Below, piece by piece: positions 12,453 to 23,078 of a stretch of 64,000 nt of DNA; positions within the stretch are counted from its first letter, which is position 1, and every line of letters starts with the position of its first letter. Source of the stretch: Tubulanus polymorphus. Lineage: Eukaryota; Animalia; Nemertea. Below the pieces are notes generated by a model, which saw only the letters and a program-made list of their open reading frames with translations, was not told the DNA's origin and did no database searches. Position numbers and translations under genes: made by a program. The DNA lies in contig NC_134033.1 of assembly GCF_964204645.1 (NCBI RefSeq), positions 5,480,231 to 5,544,230 of the forward strand. Direction: 5' to 3'.

Positions 12453-13326
12453 AATCACAAGTGGACCTAAATAATCAATACCAGTATGGTGAAAGACTGG
12501 AACCTCTGAAACTCTGATACCAGGTAGTGAAGGAGGTAACGGTAAGAAAAAGGGTCTACCTTTTTCACGTTTGCACTAACAGCATGATTTCAGTAGGTCC
12601 TTTCCTCTTTGACGGATACTCGGTATCCAATATTTACATCGAATATCGGCAACAGTAGCATTAACGCCTTGATGCATTATTCTGAAATGTGATCGACGAA
12701 TCACCAAATTGACATACTGGTGATATTTTGGAAGCAGTATTGGTCGTTTAGCAAAATCGTCCAAAACTGCATTCTCTAACCGACCATTCGAATGAATCAA
12801 GCCATCATCGAACGATGTATTACAGGACACAATAGAACCACTATACGGGTTCTCGATATTAACAACTGCAGTCTTCAACAGAACATTTCCGAAAGAATTA
12901 CACAAACTAATATTCTGAGATGCCGTTTGTGTCTCAATGTGATCATCACTTTGTATTAAAGACTCTGTTTCAAAAATCGGAACCGATGAAGACTGCGTTG
13001 TCACAGAATTTGTCATATTGCTTTTGATTCTATTTTGCTCATTGCCTATACCACGGTTTTGACCTTCCTCAACGGAAAAATTGACACCTCTAGAATTCGG
13101 AACAGAATAAGGTCGTGTTTTCCGCGTTTGAAAACAAATACTGGTATGATGTCGCTTTTTACACATACGACACGAATATTTAGACTTGCAGTTTCCGGCA
13201 TGATGCTTATCTCCTAAACAATTAAAACACAAAGATTTGTTTCTCAGAATTTCCATCTCTTTTTAACATCATTAACTACAGTGCACTCGTTGGATGCATG
13301 CAAACCTTCGCAAAAAACACTTCTTT
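12453..13326 (-). pseudogene. BEL/Pao gag Zn knuckles + protease start fused by deletion to the integrase N-terminus
   Basis: CFNCLGDKHHAGNC, CRMCKKRHHTSIC, VLLKTAVV..FDDG|LIHSNGRLEN..PILLP..H..HQGV..KYWI..C, then PVFHHTGIDYLGPL. RT and RNase H are absent. Confidence 0.85.
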
Positions 13327-14319
13327 TTAGAATTCTGAGCTCCGGTCGATAAGAATAAATTGACTTACGGTGCTTGTAGGTTCAGTAATAGTACAATTAC
13401 TCACATCTTTGACATCAAGAGATACAGTGGACTCAATAATTTCTAATTCGAATCTAAAACAATCAAGAAGAGATGTTATTGACCATTCACAATTTTTGTT
13501 TGTGCGACACATATTTCGATAGATTTCATACGGAAGCTTTCTTATAATTATTGGTACCAACATTGCGCCGTAATTATCATGAGACGTTCCAAGTGCATTC
13601 AACTGACGCATGTGACAATTACATTCGTCGTAAAATTTACGCAGGGATGATCGTTCGTTGTTCGGTGGACTTAAATCAACAAGCGCGGAAAGGTAAGCCT
13701 GTGATATCTTGTGATTCTGTCCAAATCGCATTTTCAACAAACTAACAGCCGCTGAATAATTGTCATTCGTCAATGGCAAACCGTCAATGCACGATCTTGC
13801 ATCGCTGATTAAGAAACACTTCAAATAGCTAAATTTTTCGATTTCCGAAAACTGTGAGTTGAGATGAACTGACGTTTCGAATAAACCCCAGAACGTTGGC
13901 CACTCTTTCAAATTTCCGTTATATTTCGGAAGTTGTAACTTTTGTAGTAAAGCTGTTTTAATTTCAGTTGATCTCACTGGTGACTGTTTCTCTAGCGAAG
14001 ACATTTTCCCGATTTCACGGTTAAATTTGAAAATACTGCCATTCAAATTGTTCAAATAATCTTCAGCTTCCAAAATAAATTGTTCTATTTCAATATCAGA
14101 CTGGATCTCGTCTAATAAATGGCCATCAATCATCTCTAACTGGCTGAATTTGCGTTTGAGATTGTTCAAATTGATACTAGCCTTTAGTAAGTCGTGTTCT
14201 CTGATAGCTGTATCACATGCAGAGGTAACAGCGTTCGCGACTCTTCTGTTTGCTGAACGTCCTGCTCTCGAAAGTTTTACACCAACTCCTGATTTTTCGG
14301 TAGCTGAATTCTCCGCCAT
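13327..14319 (-). CDS. BEL/Pao Gag (DUF1759-type capsid region), frameshifted before the Zn knuckles
   Basis: LPKYNGNLKEWPTFWGLF..EKFSYLK..GLPLT..NY..LLKMRFG is the typical Pao gag signature. Confidence 0.88.
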   Translation of the reverse strand: MAENSATEKSGVGVKLSRAGRSANRRVANAVTSACDTAIREHDLLKASINLNNLKRKFSQLEMIDGHLLDEIQSDIEIEQFILEAEDYLNNLNGSIFKFNREIGKMSSLEKQSPVRSTEIKTALLQKLQLPKYNGNLKEWPTFWGLFETSVHLNSQFSEIEKFSYLKCFLISDARSCIDGLPLTNDNYSAAVSLLKMRFGQNHKISQAYLSALVDLSPPNNERSSLRKFYDECNCHMRQLNALGTSHDNYGAMLVPIIIRKLPYEIYRNMCRTNKNCEWSITSLLDCFRFELEIIESTVSLDVKDVSNCTITEPTSTVSQFILIDRSSEF

Positions 14320-14387
14320 TGTTCTCTGATTCTCTGGCTTCTTCTAAGAAGTTTGGTTCATCTCTTTCTCGGCTCGAGGGACCATTA

Positions 14388-14667
14388 TGTCAATACCTTT
14401 TCTCCAGAAAGAAGTGACTAGCAGTACGACTCGGTGTTGACATTAAAGTAGTTTATTCTCAAAAGTGACTCCCTCTACCCTTTACATATCAATATATATA
14501 GTGAAATATCACATGATGTGTACTGAGCATGACGTACAGATGTAATGCAGTTTAATACAGTTTAATACAGTTGAACACAGTTGAATACACGTTACTGCAG
14601 AACAAGTTACTGCTCTAGTGAGCAGTATTCTATGGTTGATATAAAAGTATGTATAACCATTCCAATA
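14388..14667 (-). repeat. 5' LTR (280 bp) of the BEL/Pao element
   Basis: On the minus strand it ends ...TTGACA and begins TATT (probably a mutated TGTT). It has a TATA-like TATATAT (~14493-14499) and AATAAA (14452-14457), and is followed by the PBS. Confidence 0.85.
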
Positions 14668-15154
14668 CCTTCATCTCTATCACCATCATCGCCGTCGTCT
14701 TCACCATAAACACCATCACTCCACCAGCATTACCACCATAACATCACCTCCAGCTTCATCTCTATCACCACCATCGCCGTCGTCTTCACCGTAAACACAA
14801 TCACATTCTCCATCATCACTAACTTCACCATCATCTCCAACTCCAGCATCACCTTCTCCAATATCGATAACCTTTTTCATCATCACCACGATCATTTCCA
14901 ACATCAAACCATCGCTATCACCATTACTTTCGCCATCACTATCATCTCCATAGCCACCATTACCTTCACCAGCATCACCACCATCACCATCATCACGTTT
15001 ACCACCACCATGACTACCGTCCTCACCATCACCAGGATCTCCTTACTCATGATTATCAATTCCATCATAGTCACCACAATTTCCTCTATCACGCCCGATC
15101 CACCATCACCACTTGATTTATTGAACGTGTCGTCAAGTTAACATACAGACACCC

Positions 15155-15444
15155 AAGCATCCAGTCGGCCAGTCGTACAGTCCTTAAGTCATTCAGACAT
15201 CCAGTCGTACAGTCATTAAGTCATCTAGACATCCAGTCGGCCAGTTGTACAGTCATTCAGTCGTCCATTCGTCCGGTCACCCAGTCGATCAGTCGGCCAG
15301 TCACACAGTCGGTCAGTCGGACAGTCATCTAGTCATCCAGTCGATCAATCGTCGTGATCCATCCAGTCTTCTAGACATCCAGTCGGCCAGTCGTACAGTC
15401 GGTCAGTCGTACAGTCATCCAGTCGATCAGTCGGCCAGTTATAC
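15155..15444. repeat. CAGTC-rich low-complexity arm (inverted counterpart of 9245-9475)
   Basis: Repeated (C)CAGTC(G) motifs, i.e. the reverse complement of the left-arm motif. Confidence 0.7.
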
Positions 15445-15825
15445 TCTGTAGGATGGATAGATATGAATATGTGATTCGTCCTGGAACTGCTCAACTGGAT
15501 TCTATACTTGGTCCGGTCATCCATGGTCATTTTCCTTCGTATTCACATATATACGAGATGTGAAACTATCCCGAAGGCTTGATTTAAGGGAAGAAAGATG
15601 TGAAAGTTATATGAAGATACAGAGAAATAATTCTCAAAATAAATCAATTCTCAAGTTTATAAGCTGCAATTTTCTATCGTGCGATCTTGATTACTGAAGG
15701 AATCGCGAAATTACAGAATAGCCCGCGGGGGAGATGATAAATCGAGATCGATTTTCACTTTCGAGTTGAATTGGACAATCCAGTGTTATCTACAGGAAGA
15801 AACTCGACAATTATTAAGTGTTCGA

Positions 15826-16884
15826 ATGAATTCGACAGCAGTATACAGCGAGGACTGGTGCTCGGAATGGTTGAAGCAGAACCCGACAGCTAAATGGGAC
15901 TATAAATTCAGTGTGCTGGTATATCTAGCGTTCTACGGACCGGTCACCGTGTTCGCTATTTTGTCGAATATTTTCACTCTCGTTGTTCTGGGGAGAATGA
16001 AATCGGCCGCTTGTCACCTCATCAAAATACTGGCTATAAATGACGTGTTTTACGCGTCGACGGTTTTCGTTATGTACCCGCTGCGCACGGCCCACGTGTT
16101 CATAACTGTCGGTAGGTTACTATTCCACGTGGACGACTGGCACTTCGGCGTCGAGTTCATTCTAGTCAACGAAGGCTTGTTCAACTTGAGCATTATATTG
16201 AGGAACTGGTCGGTGGTTTTGTTGAGTTTCGAACGAATGATCGTCGTCGTTTTTCCGTTGAAATCGCGGAGATTTTGGACTCGAAAAACTGTCAATATTT
16301 TCGTCGCCGTTATCTACGCAATAGCGATACTCATAAGTTTCCCATACATCGTTCCTGGTTACAGTATATACAGAACGAGCTGCCGTCGAAACCGGGGCCC
16401 CTATTTTTACATGCGTTTACTAGGTAAATACAAATGGTACTCGGACTATTTCGAAAACTGGTCAGCATTCAGTTCCAAATACTTAGTAGTGAGCTTTGTT
16501 ATATTTACGCCTATTTTGACTTTGATATCTATTAATTCGGTAATCGCGGCCACTCTTATTTTCGCTAAGGAAAAACAAAGAAATATTATCAGTCACGACC
16601 AACACGAAAACAAAAATGAGCAGACATCTTTTTTCAAAATGGCCGCCGCTATTGTCATTTGTTACATCGTGTTCGAAGCTCCGCTTGCGTTGGTTAAACT
16701 TCTTTTTCAAAGACTCCCGGAAGAGATCAGCATGATATTACTGAAAATATCGTACGGTTTGACCGTCACTGATTCCTGTTTCAATTTCTTCATATACTGC
16801 GTAACGAATAAACGATTCAAGGTGGTCGCCACGGAGATTCTAAATCGCCACCAGCGAACGAGCGGATCAAAGATCGGCTCTTGA
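15826..16884 (+). CDS. Intact single-exon rhodopsin-class 7TM GPCR, FMRFamide-receptor-like (peptide or chemosensory type)
   Basis: ATG at 15826 (MNST, an N-glycosylation sequon) in the ORF 15766-16884. Seven hydrophobic segments: ILSN, LAIND, NWSVVLLSFER..FPL, FTP..IN, ICYIVFEAP, DSCFNFFIYC..NKRF. Confidence 0.92.
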   Translation: MNSTAVYSEDWCSEWLKQNPTAKWDYKFSVLVYLAFYGPVTVFAILSNIFTLVVLGRMKSAACHLIKILAINDVFYASTVFVMYPLRTAHVFITVGRLLFHVDDWHFGVEFILVNEGLFNLSIILRNWSVVLLSFERMIVVVFPLKSRRFWTRKTVNIFVAVIYAIAILISFPYIVPGYSIYRTSCRRNRGPYFYMRLLGKYKWYSDYFENWSAFSSKYLVVSFVIFTPILTLISINSVIAATLIFAKEKQRNIISHDQHENKNEQTSFFKMAAAIVICYIVFEAPLALVKLLFQRLPEEISMILLKISYGLTVTDSCFNFFIYCVTNKRFKVVATEILNRHQRTSGSKIGS

Positions 16885-17593
16885 TGGTAAGATGGCGATG
16901 GTCTCGGGGATGAATTCTGATGACAAACAACGTCACATTGATTCAATCGAATCAGTTTTGTCTAAGCTGACGGGATAGCTCATTGACAGGGAGACATGAA
17001 GACCAGAAACATATCTCAACCACGTATGCGCATCATGGTGAACGGAAAAATAGCGATGGAAAATTCATAAAAATTAACTAAAATCCAACTATTTTCCCAC
17101 AAATTATCATTATTATTATCATTCATTTGCGTCACAGTAATAGTATTAAGCGTTACTGAAGTAGTTCTGTGTACTACGTCATCACTATTGGCATTTCAAA
17201 ATAACAGACACTTCTGATTTTTGTCGTTTATTGGGTAATTAGATATGTTTCATAACTTTTATTTCATTTAGTAATCATTTTTGAGAGTATGCGCACTACG
17301 GAATCGGGGCTAGACTGGTTGCCGGTCAATTCAATTATCGACTTAAACAAATCGAAAATAACTTCATTGATCCTTAATGTTATACAATTTATAGGATATT
17401 ACTTATTTTCGACAATACTAAGCAATATATGTGCTACTTGTCAAGGGGGCAATTAACTTTCAAGTTAGTCGTCCTGTTTACTTGCACTTCATGATGAACC
17501 ACTGTTTTTGATCTTAGAATAGGGATAGACCCCGTTATTCATTTGGTTGGTAACTTTCGTTTGACTTTTTTTTTCGATTGAGTGTCCCTTTAC

Positions 17594-18333
17594 TATGGTG
17601 GCTGATTCGGGACATGAAAAATTATTTTTTCGTCCTCCACGAAAACGCGCAAAAACAAATGTGACCACGCAATAACAAATATTACCGCGCAAAAACAAAC
17701 TTTCAACGCGCAAAAACAAAATAATCCGTTTTGCGCTCTAAAAGTTTGTTTTTGCTCGGGAAAAAACGATTATTACCGCGCAAAAACAAACTTTTAACTA
17801 GCAAAATCAATAGATTCCGTTTTTGCGCACTAAAAGTTTATTTTTGCGCGGTTATATTTGTTTTTGCACGCAAAAGATTTCCCATGACTAACCGTATTGA
17901 TTATTTTGTAATGTTTCAACAGTTGGGTATAATAGTTGGGTTCAATTGCTATTTTCAGCTATTTTCCGAATTTTCTACCAGTTCCATTTTAGGTTCAAAT
18001 GTTATGTTAATGAGGACTGGGACTAGGTAGATCTAACAAGTTATCACATGGTGAGAGCGTAACACCATACCAGCAGGCGTAATATTTTTTAATTTCACGA
18101 CCGCACAAAAACAAATATTCGTCTTTGCGCGCGCGCACAATAACAAACTTTTAACGCGCACGCAAAGACGGATTATTTCGTTTTTACTCGGTAATATTTG
18201 TTTTTGCGCCCGCGCAAAAACGGATTATTTTGTTTTTTTCGCGCGCGTTAAAAGTTTGTTTTTGCGCGGTCAGATTTGTTTTTGTGCGTTTTCGTAATAA
18301 AATAATTTTACATGTCCCGAATCAGCCACTATA
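17594..18333. mobile_element. 740-bp MITE with TIRs of at least 23 bp and CGCGCAAAAACAAA subterminal repeats
   Basis: TATGGTGGCTGATTCGGGACATG ... CATGTCCCGAATCAGCCACTATA (one mismatch). The terminal TA may be the TSD. Internal motifs occur in both orientations. Confidence 0.85.
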
Positions 18334-18825
18334 CTTCACAGACCCACCACACCAGTCGGGAGCGATACAGGGGGTTTGTTTTTAAAATCAGAAATCGAAG
18401 TACAGATATATAGCGCTTGGTAAGCGCTGTCTATGAGTTGTAGTGCATGCAAACGACTGTGAGACATTTGCAGATCATACTGAAAAACTTGTCGGTTGTT
18501 TTGTTAAGTTAGGCATAGGTTTCGATTGAAGAAAACCCATAAATACGAAGAAAGAACAAGAGAGTATTAAACGTTCGAACTAATTCTATCGTTTGAAATT
18601 TCAATCTAGAGTTTTGGAAATGGCTCCTATTGAATTGTGTTTATACTGTGTTTCTTGTGTACAAAATGTCTGGCTTCATAAAATCCTTTGCTTTGGTTAC
18701 ATTGAGCCTATCCCTCCCATTATTTCTCACGCGCTAGACATCTTTTCAAAAGTTGCCATCATTCCTCCTGTAATAATAACTTGCTCATCCTTTATTTGAC
18801 ATAAACACGGTAACTTGTATACCGA

Positions 18826-19475
18826 AACCAAGTTTTGATTGGTCTCTATTTGCCGATTCCGGGATTATCCTCTGGCCAGAATACGCTCTACCAATTACGG
18901 AATAATGTGATCCCGGTAGAAGCGGCCGGTAGAGAGTTTGTAATCTGTAAACCTGATAGAAGCGGCCGGTAGAGAGTTTGTAATCTGTAAACCTGATAGA
19001 AGCGGCCGGTAGAGAGTTGGTAATCTGTAAACCTGATAGAAGCGGCCGGAAGATAGTTGGTAATCTGTAAACCTGATAGAAGCGGCCGGTAGAGAGTTCG
19101 TAATCTGTAAACCTGATAGAAGCGGCCGGTAGATAGTTCATAATCTGTAAACCTGATAGGAAGCGGCCGGTAGAGAGTTCGTAATCTGTAAACACGGTAG
19201 GAGCGGCCGGTAGAGAGTTCGTAATCCGTAAACCTGATAGAAGCGGTCGGTAGAGAGTTCGTAATCCGTAAACCTGACAGAAGCGGCCGGTAGAGAGTTC
19301 GTAATCTGTAAACCTGAGAGAAGCGGCCGGTAGAGTTTGTAATCTGTAAACCTGATAGAAGCGGCCGGTAGAGAGTTTTGTAAGTTTCGATTGGTCTCTG
19401 CTCATTCCGGAATTATCTTTTATTGGCGCGTTAGTTTCGACCAGAATGCGCTCTACCTATTCCAGAACAGCATAA
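18826..19475 (+). repeat. 40-bp minisatellite (~12 units, 18911-19383) inside a dispersed repeat head
   Basis: Unit AGCGGCCGGTAGAGAGTTTGTAATCTGTAAACCTGATAGA. Both flanks carry a TTT(C/T)GATTGGTCT..TTCCGG..CGCTCTAC segment. A second copy lies on the opposite strand at 28700-29150. Confidence 0.9.
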
Positions 19476-21779
19476 ATACGTAAATTTCAAAATCAACTAT
19501 CCGCTGGTTAACATTTACCAACTTTTGGAGTAACCGAGGCCAGGTTTTTTTTCAAACAAATTCCAACTTACGCAACAGTGGCCTATATATAGCCTGTTTT
19601 GAACTTATTTTGACGGAGCGTTTTTTAATCTATAGGCATTAATACTAATTATACCATACATGGCGACACAAGTTGAATTGAGGGCTGTATACATGTTTAC
19701 AGAACCAGGATTTCTGCATTCCCATTCCGACGGCACGATTCGTACCTAATTATCCAATTATTTCGCATATACACGTACGTACCACTACTAAGCCACTTTT
19801 TAAAGCACGAATATTCCAATTAGAGTTATATTTGCACAAAACCTAAAGAAAAACATGTAAAACCCGTTTTGTAGTTTTTTTTTCCCAATGCTATAGGCCT
19901 ATACTGCGCCTGCATTTGCCTGAACAAGCGTGTTGAAAAAACACACGGCGTATGACGTCACGCTCAAATTTGGGGACTGGTTTTTATTTCCGTGTGTTTT
20001 CGTTTTAGTGTTAATCGGGATTTGGTTTCGCGCGGATTGTAAGGTATGTGCAGCGTACGCGGTATATACTGCCACTTGTTACTGGCTTCGCCATTTCGTT
20101 GTTTTCTTTAGGCCGCCTGTAAAAAAGTACCTTGATGGACCTTTAGTCTAGTATGTGAAGGTTCGTTAAGTTTTTCAGAGGCAAAATTATTTAATTCTTT
20201 TTCCGGTTATTCTAAATCTCCGAACAATCTATCTAATCTCCGAGCCTGGGTTCGATTTAACGAAAAAGTTCACTTCAAATGTTTGGTTTTTACTGCTATT
20301 AATAACCTCATGATTTCATTGAGGACAACAATTTAAACTCTCTTTTTCCAAATTAAACCGTTTTAAGCTTAAACTTTTTCACGAAATTTAACCCTGGTCC
20401 CCGGTTGCACAGCGCGTAAAACTTAGATTTGACTGTAGTCAGAAATAGATAACCTTTTATATTCACAACTTAAAATAGCTGATTGAACTCGTCAGGATCT
20501 GAATATCGGGCCTATTGCTTCCGAAGTCGCGAATTAGATTACTAGATTTAATCGTAGAGATGAAATTAGTTTCATTTTCGATTTTGCTTTTCGATAACAA
20601 TTCAACAACTTTAAACAACTTTAAATCTACTTCGTATATCGCGGAACAAGGGGGCTGTTTCATGTGAAGACAATTTATCAATGATTCATCAACATTGTGT
20701 CAAAAACAAACCTATTTACAGTTTCCAGGCACCACGTTTTTGGGTACCCACATGATTGTTGAATAATTTCCCCCTATTCGAGTTTTTACAAGTGTTTTTG
20801 TCTTTTTCGTTTCGTTTAAACTCTGGATTGGGCGGCAATGAAAATAATATGGAAATATCGATCAAATAAGCTTTTCATGACGCTACTCATTTAAACTTTC
20901 ACTTTTAAGTTTTAAGTTAATCTTTGCGACACTTTTAAGATAACACTCATCTATTATGTTGTTCTTATACTTTATACAATTTTCAATTAGTCGTTATCAG
21001 TTTTTATGAAATAATGAGTCCAACTTTAACAAAATATCTTCCCAGCCTCGTGCGGGCATCTATATACAATGCAACTTGAAGACCTTGGGCGAATCCAGGG
21101 TCTAATTTTGGGAGCGGCGCACCCCCGAACTGGGCCATATGATTAGAATGAAAAGAGTAGACCGCCCCCTAATGACCACGCATCGGAAAACAGACGAACC
21201 AGCCAAGAATTTTTAACATTCTTTATTCTTAAATATTCTTCATTATACCGGGAACATTGAATTCTTAGGCGGGGGCGGGGCGCATCCCACACCATCCCGT
21301 TAATTCGTCCTATGAAATGGCCCCCATATTTCAGAGTATCATTTCCGAAGCCTGACGTTTACTATTTGAATGGTAAATGTGTGTTTGTATCCTCGCACGC
21401 TGAAACAATAGTCTAATTAATGTTTGGTCGGCGCGCGCGTATATCGGGGTATCGCATTTATTCAAAGAGTGCTCAACTGTTAACGAATGACATTTGAAGA
21501 GCTCTCGCTTTTCTAGAAAATTGACATCCGCGCCGAGTATAGCTTAAATAATTGATTGCGAATACATAAACGGGACCGTGCGCTATATGCGCGTAAAGCA
21601 TAATGGTTTGTTTGTAGTTTAAAAACAGTTTTTTTATCGCGTGGAATGATTAACACATTTTATGGCCGATCCGCATTATCGAATAGTCGACTGAAAATAT
21701 CAGTCAGAAATATAGAGAATCATCAACGAGATAGCTGTTATTATATTTTTCGAAGATTTAGCTCGAGTGAATTTGATTT

Positions 21780-22623
21780 CAGGGGCGGATCCAGGGGGAT
21801 GGGTAGACAGTATTGGAAGGAAATTTAAGGGCACCTTTCTGATCTAGGGCACACCCAGTATCCAGGTCAATGCGAGCGCCGAAGGCGCGAAGTCCATCGA
21901 GGGGGGTCTAGGAGCCCACCCCCAGAAAATTTTGAAAATATGGTACCATTTGAAGGCTTTTAGAGGGCTTCTAGAGGCTAGCAGAGCAATCCAGAATAAA
22001 CGAATTCGAGACAAGATTTCAACAGATGCGGATAAAAAATGAAGCTGGCGAACCCATGAAAGAATGGTTGTCGCCAACTTCGCCTAGTGCCCCTATAATT
22101 TTTAAAAGTGCCCCTTAACAATTATACAGAATACGGCTATTGTGCCCCTTCATTGTTAACAATCGGCAAAAATTGCCTCGTCTTCACATTTATCCTTATG
22201 TCGTGTGCCATCTTCCAAACCAAAAGTGCCCCTAAAATTTTAAAAATTAGGCAAAAAAGTGCCCTTTTCTTCAACATCTTCCGCGTATAGTGCCCTCTTC
22301 TAAAGTACGAGTGCCCCTTTAGCCCTCCCTGAAAAGGCAAGGACAAAGTGCCCTCATCTAAAGCATGAGTGCCCCTTGCAAAAGGAAAGTGCCCTTTTTA
22401 ATTTATCATGATTAAAGGCTTTACAAATATGATTATCTCTCCTCACTTTCTCGGCAGCAGTATATACCGATTAATTTTATAATTATGCCCGGATTACGGA
22501 CACGGAATTAGCGGTTGCTGAAATAAATGCCGTCAAAAATATTGACGGTGAAATTTCGAAGGGCACTTAAAAATTCTAGACCGTATTGGGCAATACGGCT
22601 AATACGGTCTGGATCCGCCCCTG
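21780..22623. mobile_element. hAT-like MITE with perfect 15-bp TIR CAGGGGCGGATCCAG
   Basis: TIRs at 21780-21794 and 22609-22623, with many internal GTGCCC subterminal motifs. No clear 8-bp TSD. Confidence 0.75.
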
Positions 22624-22684
22624 GATTTTGAATGATTGAATAAATAGGTCTTGCGCCATCACAGTGGCTACGGACGTTCATTCC

Positions 22685-23078
22685 GTGGACCCAGTTCCAC
22701 ACTTGTGTGGGTTTAATTTGATTCTGAATTAGGTTCGACAGTTTTGTCGATTTAATTTTATTGTGGATCCAGTTCTACAGTTGTGTGGCTTATTCGACCC
22801 AGTTCCACAGTTGTGCGGGTTTAATTTGACTCTGGACCCAGTTCCGCAGTTGTATGGGTTTTATTTGACTCCGAAACAGGTTCCGCTGTGTGGGTCGAAT
22901 TCGACTCTGCATCCAGTTTCACAGTTGGGTAGGTTTGATATGACTCTGAATCCACAGTTGCGGGGGTTTAATTTCAACCAGAATTCAGTTCCGCAGTTGC
23001 GTGGGTTTAATTTCACTCAGAATCCAGTTCCACACTTGTTTGTGTGGGTTAATTTGACTCTGGATCCAGTTTCACAGC
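22685..23078 (+). repeat. 39-bp minisatellite, cluster 1
   Basis: Unit ~TGGATCCAGTTCCACAGTTGTGTGGGTTTAATTTGACTC; translates as the 13-aa LDPVPQLCGFNLT repeat in the ORF track. Confidence 0.88.

Larger units (their letters stand above)
12441..14667 (-). mobile_element. BEL/Pao LTR retrotransposon, internally deleted, with 5-bp TSD CCTTC
   Basis: TSD at 12436-12440 and 14668-14672. 5' LTR 14667-14388. PBS TGGTCCCTCGAGCCG is complementary to the tRNA-Tyr 3' end with one mismatch. Gag, three Zn knuckles, protease start and integrase N-terminus are present. Only the last 12 bp of the 3' LTR remain (TGTCAATACCTT at 12441 and 14388). Confidence 0.93.

Noticed and set aside
9334-15530. His-rich and Met/Val-rich short ORFs flanking the satellite
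   Set aside because: Low-complexity CAC/CAT and GACTG repeats; the 85-bp period breaks frame.
15766-15825. TTG start for the GPCR given in the ORF track
   Set aside because: This is a eukaryotic gene; the first in-frame ATG at 15826 (MNST) is the more plausible start.
18785-19405. 206-aa ORF, and the 40-bp array as a possible CRISPR array
   Set aside because: It is a translation of a tandem satellite. Units are contiguous with no unique spacers, there are no cas genes, and the context is eukaryotic.
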